From contig CAYUDM010000003.1 of assembly GCA_964443625.1 (NCBI GenBank), forward strand, positions 50,324 to 114,323: DNA of 64,000 nt, written 5' to 3'. The DNA is from an uncultured Smithella sp. (GTDB taxonomy: Bacteria > Desulfobacterota > Syntrophia > Syntrophales > Smithellaceae). The position numbers and the translations under genes were made by a program. Numbering within the stretch: position 1 is the first letter of the stretch; every line of letters starts with the position of its first letter. Of the stretch, positions 38,005 through 46,151 are shown piece by piece. Under the pieces are notes generated by a model, which was given only the letters and a program-made list of their open reading frames with translations, was not told where the DNA came from and made no database searches.

Positions 38005-38988
38005 ATGGCGAATCGAGACAGGCCTATGACGACTCAAAAAATAATTGTTCCCGTTTCCGTGATCGCCGCCGGGTATGTGGGGCCGTCGCTTGCGCCCAAT
38101 GAGGACGCTTCCTGGAGAGAAGCGGACCTGCCTTATAATTGCGATGCTCTGGTGCTAAACGTCCTGGGTCAACCCATGCGGCGGGCCGGACGCTTTATCA
38201 AGATGGTTTGCGCGGGCGCTCTGTCGTGTCTGAAATCCGCGCCGTCCGATGCGCCAAAGAGTGCGAAGACCGGAATATTCCTGGCCACAGGGTTGGGTAA
38301 CGGCGATGAAATTCTTCCGTTTGTCACACAGGTCTTCAAGCACGACGGCGGTTTTCCCAGTCCTAATCAGTTCGCCAATTCCGTGAGCAATGCTGCGGCG
38401 TTTTTTCTGGCGCGTCTAAGCGGCGTCAAAGGCGTGGTTCTGACGGTTTCCGACGAAGAGCTGTCGTTTGAGTCCGCCTTGTGGTTGGCGCAAAGCTATC
38501 TGGCTGCCGGAGAGATCGATTTGGCGCTTGTCGGCGGCTGCGACGTGTATACACCGACCATCGAAGAATATCGCGAGCGCATGTATGTGCACCCGGACAA
38601 TGCCAGAGACCTGCCGATCGGCGAAGGCAGTTCCTGGCTGCTCTTAGGAATGAATTCAAGTTCAAGAATCGGGGAGATCCGCTCGGTTCGGATGCATGCA
38701 AAAACGACCGGGCCTGCGGATATTTTTCAGGACGAAGAAATCGCTTTGGCCGTCGGAAGGGACGCCGCAGCGACGCGCCGCCTCTGGTTGCCGGGTTTTC
38801 GGATGATGCAACCGGCCGCGCCGCCGGGTTGGGAATGCGCCGATTATCTTCCCTGCTGCGGTATTCATCCGACCGCCTCAGCGTTCGGCTTAGCGCGCGC
38901 CTTGCTCAGAGAACCGGGCAGTGTGCTGCTTTCCGTGGGCGTTTCGACCTCGGGCAAGAAAGCGCTCGTGGTGGCGGCGGCGGACTGA
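38005..38988 (+). CDS. KS-like protein lacking the catalytic Cys (chain-length-factor / Ketoacyl-synt_2-like partner)
   Basis: The KS N-domain-like blocks GIFLATGLGNG and PNQFANSVSNAAAFFLARLSGVKGVVLTVS are followed by DEELSF where A-C-x-S-G would sit. The HGTGT and GH.LGAAG motifs are absent. The gene starts 2 nt after the KS stop. Confidence 0.65.
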   Translation: MANRDRPMTTQKIIVPVSVIAAGYVGPSLAPNEDASWREADLPYNCDALVLNVLGQPMRRAGRFIKMVCAGALSCLKSAPSDAPKSAKTGIFLATGLGNGDEILPFVTQVFKHDGGFPSPNQFANSVSNAAAFFLARLSGVKGVVLTVSDEELSFESALWLAQSYLAAGEIDLALVGGCDVYTPTIEEYRERMYVHPDNARDLPIGEGSSWLLLGMNSSSRIGEIRSVRMHAKTTGPADIFQDEEIALAVGRDAAATRRLWLPGFRMMQPAAPPGWECADYLPCCGIHPTASAFGLARALLREPGSVLLSVGVSTSGKKALVVAAAD

Positions 38989-38997
38989 CGATCGGAT

Positions 38998-40488
38998 TTG
39001 AAACGGGCGATTATGGTGAAGGAGTTCTCAGGCGGGAAAAAACGTATTGTTCTGGTTCACCCGCGCGGTTTCAACTGGTTTCCGGGAAAACGGGACATCA
39101 CCGATATCGCCAATCGTATGGTGCCGCAAGGGTTGCTGTCGATTGCGGCCTATTTGCTTCGTGACGGCCACGACGTTTTTGTCTATGACTGTCTGGGGCC
39201 CGGCGCGCCGGTTGGAATCGATCGTCAGGTTTCGGATATTCTCCTTTTCCGACCGCAGCTGGTCGGGTTTTCATCCACCACCTCTTCGTTTCCGGACGCG
39301 GCGGATCTCGCGGCCGGAATCAAAAGGCGGCAAAGCGACATCGTCACGGTCTGCGGCGGCGTCCATGTGTCCGCTTTGCGCGAAAAACTGCTTGAGGCTT
39401 ATCCCGTCTTCGATTTCCTGGTGGCCGGAGAAGGGGAAGTCACGATGAGCGAACTCGCCTGTGGCGACGATCCGAAGGGGATTGCCGGATTGATTCGCAG
39501 GCAGGATGACACGGTTGTTGTCAATCCGCCCAGAGGACACCTTCCGGATCTTGATGCTCTGCCGTTTCCCGCCTATGAAAAATTGCGCGGTTTTCCGACG
39601 CACTACCACTTGCCGCTTTTCAGTTACATTTCAACGCCCGGCGCGACGATGATCACGTCGCGCGGCTGTATGTTTTCGTGCTCGTACTGCGACCGATCGG
39701 TCTTCCAGAAAGGATACCGGTTCAATTCCGCGGCGTATATCTATGATCATATGAAGTATCTGCGAGACCGATTCGGCGCGCGCCATATCAATATCTATGA
39801 CGATCTTTTTACCGCCAATCGCCGCCGGATCGTCGAGCTGTGCGAAAAACTGGCACGCCAACCGCTGGGGATGAACTTCAATTGCGCCGTGCGCGTGGGC
39901 TACACGGACGATGATCTGCTTGCCCTGCTCAAAAAAGCGGGATGTCTGATGGTGTCTTTGGGTATCGAATCGGCGGACGCCGACATGCTGGCCCGTCATA
40001 AATCCGGCGTGTCGCTGGATGAGGTGAAAGATACCGTGAGGCGCATTCAGACGGCGGGGCTTCGCGCTAAGGGCCTTTTCATGATGGGGCTGCCGGGCGA
40101 AACCGAAGCATCCGTGAAGAGAACCTCCGATTTCATTATTTCACTGGGACTCGACGACATGAATATGGCCAAGTTCACGCCGTTTCCCGGGGCGCCGCTG
40201 TGGCCGACCATCCGGGAGGAAGGGACCTTTCATGAAGACTGGCGCCTGATGAATTGTCTGAACTTCGTGTTTGTTCCGAAAGGGATCGCGTCCGCGCAAA
40301 GGCTTGATTTGCTGTACAACGAGCATGTCAAAAGATTCTATTCCGATCCGGCTTGGCGCAGGCGTTTTCGCGGGCGGCTGTGGCAGCATCGAAAAAGTTT
40401 ATGGTATCTGTTGCGCCATCTGCCGTCTTTTTGGTCGGCCAAAAACCAGTTTGAGCCGGATCGCAACAAGGTTCCTGAAGAATGTTAA
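38998..40488 (+). CDS. B12-binding-domain radical SAM protein (class B rSAM)
   Basis: N-terminal Rossmann-like cobalamin-binding region (IVLVHP...VGFSSTT...VCGGVH...) and the radical SAM cluster motif SRGCMFSCSYCD (CxxxCxxC). The start may be ATG 39013. Confidence 0.85.
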   Translation: MKRAIMVKEFSGGKKRIVLVHPRGFNWFPGKRDITDIANRMVPQGLLSIAAYLLRDGHDVFVYDCLGPGAPVGIDRQVSDILLFRPQLVGFSSTTSSFPDAADLAAGIKRRQSDIVTVCGGVHVSALREKLLEAYPVFDFLVAGEGEVTMSELACGDDPKGIAGLIRRQDDTVVVNPPRGHLPDLDALPFPAYEKLRGFPTHYHLPLFSYISTPGATMITSRGCMFSCSYCDRSVFQKGYRFNSAAYIYDHMKYLRDRFGARHINIYDDLFTANRRRIVELCEKLARQPLGMNFNCAVRVGYTDDDLLALLKKAGCLMVSLGIESADADMLARHKSGVSLDEVKDTVRRIQTAGLRAKGLFMMGLPGETEASVKRTSDFIISLGLDDMNMAKFTPFPGAPLWPTIREEGTFHEDWRLMNCLNFVFVPKGIASAQRLDLLYNEHVKRFYSDPAWRRRFRGRLWQHRKSLWYLLRHLPSFWSAKNQFEPDRNKVPEEC

Positions 40489-40535
40489 AAAGTTCGCAAG
40501 GCTAATAAAAAATACAAGAAAGAGAGGAAAGGTCT

Positions 40536-41522
40536 ATGGGATTATCTCGGAAAAGGATGGCGATTTTTACTGCGGCGACCGTGTTTGTTTTTCTATGTGC
40601 CGGGTTTGCTTTTGCTCAGACGGAAAACATTAAAGGCGTCGCCTTTAGCGACGGCGTTACCGTTTACGGCAAGGTTGTTAAAATGTCGGCCGATGAAATC
40701 CAGATCGAAACCGGCGAAGGCGCGCTGGTGACGCGCCGGTTTGTCGACGTGGAGCGTCTGATCAAAGAGGATGATCCCCCGGAAGTCCGAACGCCGAGAC
40801 ATTTTTTTTCCATCGGAACTGAAGTGTCCTATATCAAGTACAAGGAACCGGATGTCATGCAGGAAGACGGCATGATGCTCGGTCTGGTGGGCTCCTATGC
40901 CTACCGAAACCGGGTGATGCTCAAGGCTGAAGGGAAATTTGCTTACGGTCTTATGGAGTACGACGGCCGGACGATGGGCGGCACGCCGCTTACCATATCA
41001 AACATTCCGAATTATTTTCTCGAAGGCCGGGGGCTGGTCGGATATGACTTTGCCGTCGGCATCGTGACCATTACGCCTTACGCCGGGCTGGGCTACCGCT
41101 GGCTGCAGGATAATCCGCAAAGAAAATATCCCGGCGGCTATCAGAGAGAGTCGAACTACTTCTATGCGCCTTTGGGAGTGGAGACGGTTTTGGAATTGGG
41201 CAAAGGCTGGTTTGTGGCGGCCAACCTTGAATACGACGCGTTTATCTGGGGAAAGCAGAAGTCCAAATTCAGCGAGATGGTTGCGGGGTTTAACGATCTG
41301 GAAAACCGCCAGCATAACGGGTTGGGTATCCGGGGCGGCGTCTCCTTCGGCCTAAAAGGCGCCCGGGTGGGGTTTGTTGTCGAACCGTATGTGCGCTACT
41401 GGAAGATTGAGGAATCCGACGTTGCGTGGCTTGCCTATTACGGAGCGTTCACCGGCGACGGTTTTGTGGAGCCCAAAAACAAATCCACGGAAGTCGGTTG
41501 TCGCATCGCCGTGACGTTTTAA
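40536..41522 (+). CDS. Putative outer-membrane beta-barrel protein
   Basis: Signal peptide ...VFVFLCAGFAFAQT, repeated Y/G-rich amphipathic strands, and a C-terminal ...CRIAVTF ending in Phe. Confidence 0.5.
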   Translation: MGLSRKRMAIFTAATVFVFLCAGFAFAQTENIKGVAFSDGVTVYGKVVKMSADEIQIETGEGALVTRRFVDVERLIKEDDPPEVRTPRHFFSIGTEVSYIKYKEPDVMQEDGMMLGLVGSYAYRNRVMLKAEGKFAYGLMEYDGRTMGGTPLTISNIPNYFLEGRGLVGYDFAVGIVTITPYAGLGYRWLQDNPQRKYPGGYQRESNYFYAPLGVETVLELGKGWFVAANLEYDAFIWGKQKSKFSEMVAGFNDLENRQHNGLGIRGGVSFGLKGARVGFVVEPYVRYWKIEESDVAWLAYYGAFTGDGFVEPKNKSTEVGCRIAVTF

Positions 41523-41541
41523 GCGCCGGGTGACAAAAACG

Positions 41542-42240
41542 TCACCGGGTTGCTCTTTCCCCGAAGATGGCGCGACCGACGCGGATGATGGTCGCGCCTT
41601 CTTCGATGGCCACTTCAAAATCATCGGTCATGCCCATTGAAAGCTCGTCCATGGATATGGTGTCGATCGACAAGGCGCGAATGTCTTCGCGAAGTTTGGC
41701 CAGCGCGACAAAATAGGGGCGGGCATTTTCAGGATTGTCGGAATAAGGCGGCATGGTCATTAGCCCGCGAACCTGGATCTGCGGCAGCAAGGCCACGGCA
41801 CGAAGAAGCGCCGGCACATCCTGCGAAGACGCGCCGCTTTTAGAGGCCTCACCGCTTACATTGACTTCAATCAGGACGTTGAGTTTGCGACCGTGCTGCC
41901 CGGCTTTGCGGTCGAGCTCACGCGCCAGCTCCATCCGGTCCACGGAATGAATCCAGTCGAAAAGGGGAACGACATACTTGACCTTGTTGGTCTGTAAGTG
42001 ACCGATCATATGCCATTCGATGTCTCCGCCGAGGGCGGGGATTTTTTCGCGGGCCTCCTGAACGTAATTTTCACCGAATAAACGGATGCCCGCGTCGAGC
42101 GCTTCGCGGATACGCGCGGTCTCGACGGTTTTGCTGACCGCCAGAAGACGGATGCTTTCCGGATCTCGTCCGGCGCGGGAGGCGGCGCGAGCGAGTCTTT
42201 TCCGGATCTCCCGGATGTTGGCGGCAATATCAACGGCCAT
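41542..42240 (-). CDS. yggS: YggS-family pyridoxal-phosphate homeostasis protein
   Basis: From the internal Met MAVDIAANIREIRKRL...IRLLAVSKT (PLP Lys), HMIGHLQTNK and MGMTDDFEVAIEEGAT..RVG. The track ORF carries a 57-aa N-terminal extension that overlaps maf. Confidence 0.85.
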   Translation of the reverse strand: MAVDIAANIREIRKRLARAASRAGRDPESIRLLAVSKTVETARIREALDAGIRLFGENYVQEAREKIPALGGDIEWHMIGHLQTNKVKYVVPLFDWIHSVDRMELARELDRKAGQHGRKLNVLIEVNVSGEASKSGASSQDVPALLRAVALLPQIQVRGLMTMPPYSDNPENARPYFVALAKLREDIRALSIDTISMDELSMGMTDDFEVAIEEGATIIRVGRAIFGERATR

Positions 42241-42838
42241 GGACATCTCCGAATTGAAGAATTTTAAGTTTACGCATTTCGTCGATCGTCTCGCACAGCG
42301 GCAGCCCGATAACATTGGTGTAAGAGCCCCGGATGGTTTGGATAAAGCAGGCGCCAAGCCCCTGGACGGCGTAACCGCCGGCCTTGTCGTAGGGTTCATC
42401 GCATCCGACATACCAGGCCATCTCTTTTTCGCTGAGCGTTTTGAAACGCACCGCAGACCGGACGACCCGCGTGACGGATCTCCCGGTCTGCGCCTGCATC
42501 AGGGTAAAGCCGGTGAAGACTTGATGCTCGCGACCGCTGAGCCGCTTAAGCATGTCGAGGGCTTCGCGCCGGCTTTTGGGTTTGCCCAGCACCAGTGAGT
42601 CGATCACGACAATCGTATCCGCTCCCAAGACCCAGGCGCGAGGGTATTTTCGGGCGACGGCACAAGCCTTGTCTCGGGCGAGTCTGCGGACGTGCCGGCG
42701 CGGGGTTTCGCCTTCCAGATAAGTTTCATCCACGTGCGGGGACGACGTCTTGAATGTCAGGCCCGCCTGGCGCAGAAGGTCTTTGCGGCGCGGTGAGGCG
42801 GAAGCCAGGATGAATGCTGTCGAAGGATCGATGATCAT
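42230..42838 (-). CDS. maf: Maf-like nucleoside triphosphate pyrophosphatase
   Basis: ILASASPRRKDLLRQAGL, GADT.V and DKAGGYAVQG motifs. Confidence 0.9.
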   Translation of the reverse strand: MIIDPSTAFILASASPRRKDLLRQAGLTFKTSSPHVDETYLEGETPRRHVRRLARDKACAVARKYPRAWVLGADTIVVIDSLVLGKPKSRREALDMLKRLSGREHQVFTGFTLMQAQTGRSVTRVVRSAVRFKTLSEKEMAWYVGCDEPYDKAGGYAVQGLGACFIQTIRGSYTNVIGLPLCETIDEMRKLKILQFGDVHGR

Positions 42839-42965
42839 AAATGGTTTGTCCTGTGCGGGGATTTCTTTATCGCGCGTTTATTTCAGATTCACCCTTTTGT
42901 GTCAATTGCAAATTGCCGTTGCATCTTTACGGCGATTCGCATAGAAAGGCCGGAAGGAGATCGTT

Positions 42966-43298
42966 ATGAGAAAAAAGGTTTTCGTTTTTTGCCTGATCAT
43001 GCTTTTAGCGATGGCAGTCGATGTTGCGCAGGCCGCGCAAAGGATTGCTCAACTGACGGTTCCGGGGTGCTTTGCCTGAGGCGCGACCCGAAGGATAGGT
43101 CGTATCCTGCAAAAGATTGACGGTGTGGAAAAATTCCAGACCCGGCCGCCGAATATTTTAATCGTCGCTTTCAACGATGAAAAAACCAGCCTTGCCGTCA
43201 TCACGGACGCCTTGACGAACGGCAACTATCCCATCAAGGACAAACCGGTTTATCTCGATGCGTATCCGAAACCGCTGGAAGAAGGCGATCAGAGGTAA
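42966..43298 (+). CDS. Candidate selenoprotein: secreted heavy-metal-associated (HMA/MerP-like) domain protein with in-frame UGA (110 codons)
   Basis: RBS GGAAGGAGA, then ATG 42966. The signal peptide is MRKKVFVFCLIMLLAMAVDVAQA, followed by AQRIAQLTVPGCFA and TGA (43077-43079). The same frame then stays open for 72 more codons, GATRRIGRILQKIDGVEKFQTRPPNILIVAFNDEKTSLAVITDALTNGNYPIKDKPVYL..., to TAA 43296-43298. The TGA occupies the second-Cys position of the HMA CxxC motif. Confidence 0.65.
43092..43108 (+). promoter_or_regulatory. Putative bacterial SECIS hairpin
   Basis: AGGAUA-GGUCG-UAUCCU forms a 6-bp stem. The loop GGUC lies at +21..+24 from the U of the UGA at 43077. From memory, the E. 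coli fdhF SECIS apical loop has the same loop sequence at the same distance. Confidence 0.55.
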
Positions 43299-44362
43299 GA
43301 GGTCTTGCGTCCGGCTTCCAGGACGTCAACGATTTTTTTGACGTCCTGAGAACGGCCCTTTTTGCAAATTAAAATCGCGTCTTTGGTTTCCACAACGATC
43401 ACGTCCCGAACGCCGACCATCGCCACGAGCTTTTCGGGGCTGTAAATAAGTGTATTGTCCGAGTCCTCCAAAACAGCGGCACCCTTGAGGACGGCATTTC
43501 CACGGTCATCTTTTGTCGAGATGTCCCAAAGCGCATCCCAGCTGCCCACATCGCTCCAGCCGAACTCGGCGGGAATGACAAACACATTTTCGGCCTTTTC
43601 CATCACACCGTAATCAATGGAAATCGACGCCTGACGGCGATAGACCCGGCCCACCACCCGTTTAGCCGAAGCTGTTCCCAGCGCGTCTGAAATGGTCATC
43701 AGGCCGTCATAGAGGTCGGGCAGATGCTCGCGGATCTGGCGCAGGATGGCCGAAGTCTTCCAGACGAACATGCCGCTGTTCCAGTAGAATCGACCGCTTC
43801 GAACAAACTTGCGCGCCAGCGCCTCATCCGGCTTTTCCCTGATGGATTTGACGCGCCGCACATCATGGCCGCCCGACAAGCCGACTGACGCGCCGCCTTC
43901 GAGGTAGCCGAATCCCGTGTGGGGTTGTGACGGTTGTATGCCGATGGTGACCAGCCCGTCTTGCGTTCGAGCCGTTCGAATCGCCGCTTTCAGGACCGAT
44001 CGGTATTCCTTTGGATTGCCGATGGCGTGATCGGAAGGCAAGACGACCATCACGTCGTCTTTGACCTTCTTTGCGATATGGACGGCGGCCAGGCCGATGC
44101 AGGCTGCCGTGTTGCGACCAACCGGTTCGATGAGAATGTTTTGTTCAGGAATATCGGGAAGCTGCCCGGCCAGCTCGCGCGCGTGTTTTGCTCCCGTGAC
44201 GATCAGAATATCTTTCGGATCGATAAGCGGGCGGATGCGGTCTACGGTTTCCTGGATGATGGTTTTCTCACTGGTGATATCCAGAAGATGCTTGGGCTTC
44301 TTTTCTCGGGAGCGAGGCCAGAATCTCGTGCCGCGTCCGCCCGCCATGATCACTGCATGCAT
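43289..44362 (-). CDS. Mannose-1-phosphate guanylyltransferase (nucleotidyltransferase domain only)
   Basis: MHAVIMAGGRGTRFWPRSREKKPKHLL is the GMP/ManC signature. At 357 aa it lacks the C-terminal PMI cupin domain. Confidence 0.85.
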   Translation of the reverse strand: MHAVIMAGGRGTRFWPRSREKKPKHLLDITSEKTIIQETVDRIRPLIDPKDILIVTGAKHARELAGQLPDIPEQNILIEPVGRNTAACIGLAAVHIAKKVKDDVMVVLPSDHAIGNPKEYRSVLKAAIRTARTQDGLVTIGIQPSQPHTGFGYLEGGASVGLSGGHDVRRVKSIREKPDEALARKFVRSGRFYWNSGMFVWKTSAILRQIREHLPDLYDGLMTISDALGTASAKRVVGRVYRRQASISIDYGVMEKAENVFVIPAEFGWSDVGSWDALWDISTKDDRGNAVLKGAAVLEDSDNTLIYSPEKLVAMVGVRDVIVVETKDAILICKKGRSQDVKKIVDVLEAGRKTSYL

Positions 44363-44481
44363 GTTTTATCTCTTTCCCAGAGTGAAGCAGTTTCCGGTCG
44401 GTTGTTTGGCGTCTCTTAAATTTAACCGCTTATAGTATAATCCGGCTTGATATTTCAAGCCCGAAAAGCTAATTTGCCGCC

Positions 44482-45672
44482 ATGACAAATAATGATTTTC
44501 CCCGGGTCACACTCAAAAACGGAAGGGAAGCGGCGGTTCTGCGCGGACATCCCTGGGTTTTTTCCGGCGCGGTGGCGCGCGTCTCCGGTCGACCGGCCGC
44601 AGGCGACGTGGTGACGGTTGCCGACACCGCGGGCAGACCGCTTGCGCTCGCCTTTTATCATCCGAAGACCGACATCGCCTTGCGTGTGTTGACGACAGAT
44701 TTATCAAGGCGCATCGATGAAGCGTTCTGGCGCATTCGCGTGGCGTCGGCCCTGCGCTTGAGGCAAGAGGTCCTGCCGCCCAAAACCAATGCCTGGCGGC
44801 TTCTTAACGCAGAAGCGGACGGATTTCCCGGGTTCATCGCGGATGTCTATGGCGATACGCTGGTCATCTCGGCAACCACCGCCGGAATTGAAAAGCACAA
44901 GGCGGATATTATTCGAGCCGTCACGGCTGAGCTTGCCCCGGCCAGGATCTACGAACAAAGCGCAGGACGCTCCAGAAGGCTCGAAGGCCTTGAAGACATC
45001 AAGGCGTATATTGCCGGTGAGGCGCAAGCCGGGCCGTTGCGGGTGGAAGAAAACGGACACCGGTTCGATGTGGATGTTGTCGGAGGCCAGAAGACGGGTT
45101 TTTTTCTGGATCAGCGGGGCAACCGTGAAAAAATCGGCGCCTTGTCCGTCGGTCATCGAGTTTTAAACTGTTTTTGCTATACCGGAGCGTTTTCAGTCTA
45201 TTGTGCCGCGGGTGGCGCCGCGACAGTTGTGTCCGTGGACATTTCGCAAAGCGCCTGCCGGGCCGTCGCCGATCATCTGAGTTTAAACGGTTACGATCCC
45301 GTAAGGCATCCGGTTGTCGCGGCGGATGTGTTTGAATACCTGCGCGATTTATCCGATTCGTTCGATCTGATCATTCTCGATCCACCGGCGTTTGCCAAAA
45401 CAAAAAAGGATGTCGGCCGAGCTTCGCGCGGATACAAGGATATCAACCTTCAAGCCATGAAACACTTGCCCTCGGGCGGAATGCTGGCGACATTTTCCTG
45501 CTCCAATTTCATTGACGAGGACCTGTTTGGAAAGATCGTCGGCGCAGCGGCATGCGATGCGGGAGCCCGGATGCAGATTCTGGCCAGGCTCGAAGCCGGC
45601 CCGGATCACCCTACAGCGCTTGGGCATCCCGAGGGCCGCTATCTCAAAGGTCTTTTGCTGAGGAAGCAATGA
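44482..45672 (+). CDS. rlmI: 23S rRNA (cytosine-C5) methyltransferase RlmI-like (PUA + class I SAM MTase)
   Basis: N-terminal PUA-like LKNGREAAVLRGHPWVFSGAV, then RLLNAEADGFPGFIADVYGD, QKTGFFLDQR and LILDPPAF motifs. Confidence 0.85.
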   Translation: MTNNDFPRVTLKNGREAAVLRGHPWVFSGAVARVSGRPAAGDVVTVADTAGRPLALAFYHPKTDIALRVLTTDLSRRIDEAFWRIRVASALRLRQEVLPPKTNAWRLLNAEADGFPGFIADVYGDTLVISATTAGIEKHKADIIRAVTAELAPARIYEQSAGRSRRLEGLEDIKAYIAGEAQAGPLRVEENGHRFDVDVVGGQKTGFFLDQRGNREKIGALSVGHRVLNCFCYTGAFSVYCAAGGAATVVSVDISQSACRAVADHLSLNGYDPVRHPVVAADVFEYLRDLSDSFDLIILDPPAFAKTKKDVGRASRGYKDINLQAMKHLPSGGMLATFSCSNFIDEDLFGKIVGAAACDAGARMQILARLEAGPDHPTALGHPEGRYLKGLLLRKQ

Positions 45673-45691
45673 CGCGGGCCAAACGCTTCGG

Positions 45692-46087
45692 CTACTCCTC
45701 CGGAAGATTGGCCGCAATGCGGTCGTGAATCAGTCGGGAGGCGAATCGATTGCCCGCCACGCCTGCCAAAACCCCCACGGAGGTCAGATCCCTTTCGATA
45801 TATTCCACCACAATCGTCACTGATTCATCGGAGATGACGGTCTTGATCGTGCCTTCAGAAATCTTTCGTTCTTTTCGAACGTCTTGTCCCTTCAGATCCG
45901 TCACCGCTTTTTCACAGGCTCGCCAGACCGGTTCGATGTCCGCTTTATACTGGGTCTTCATGTAGCCGTCCTGGTAGATGAATTTTCCGGAACTGACTCC
46001 CATGACTTTGCCGCGAACCATCATGGTGGCGTCGCAGCCCGCAAAAAGAACAATCGCTGAAAGCAAAAACAGCATCTTGATTTTCAT
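45692..46087 (-). CDS. Putative lipoprotein (131 aa)
   Basis: The internal Met gives MKIKMLFLLSAIVLFAGCDA (lipobox). The upstream 62 aa of the track ORF overlap the rhomboid gene's 3' end. Confidence 0.5.
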   Translation of the reverse strand: MKIKMLFLLSAIVLFAGCDATMMVRGKVMGVSSGKFIYQDGYMKTQYKADIEPVWRACEKAVTDLKGQDVRKERKISEGTIKTVISDESVTIVVEYIERDLTSVGVLAGVAGNRFASRLIHDRIAANLPEE

Positions 46088-46151
46088 CTTATGGTTCCTC
46101 CCTGTAGCGCGTTGTCCGATCTGAAACGCTTTGAGAACGGATTTGAAAACG

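Noticed and set aside
42899-42960. A MerR-type operator or promoter might lie upstream of the HMA-like gene (CAATTGCAAATTG near-palindrome; TTGCAT-N17-TAGAAA).
   Set aside because: The arms are only 5 bp, the -10 box is weak, and no merR-like regulator gene is adjacent. The evidence is insufficient for a call.
43077-43079. The TGA in the HMA-like gene could be an ordinary stop, which would make this a 37-aa peptide or a pseudogene.
   Set aside because: I considered this reading less likely. The downstream 72 codons stay open and read as the rest of an HMA fold. The TGA replaces the second motif Cys exactly. A hairpin with a GGUC loop sits at SECIS distance. The reading remains possible until Sec machinery is confirmed in the genome.
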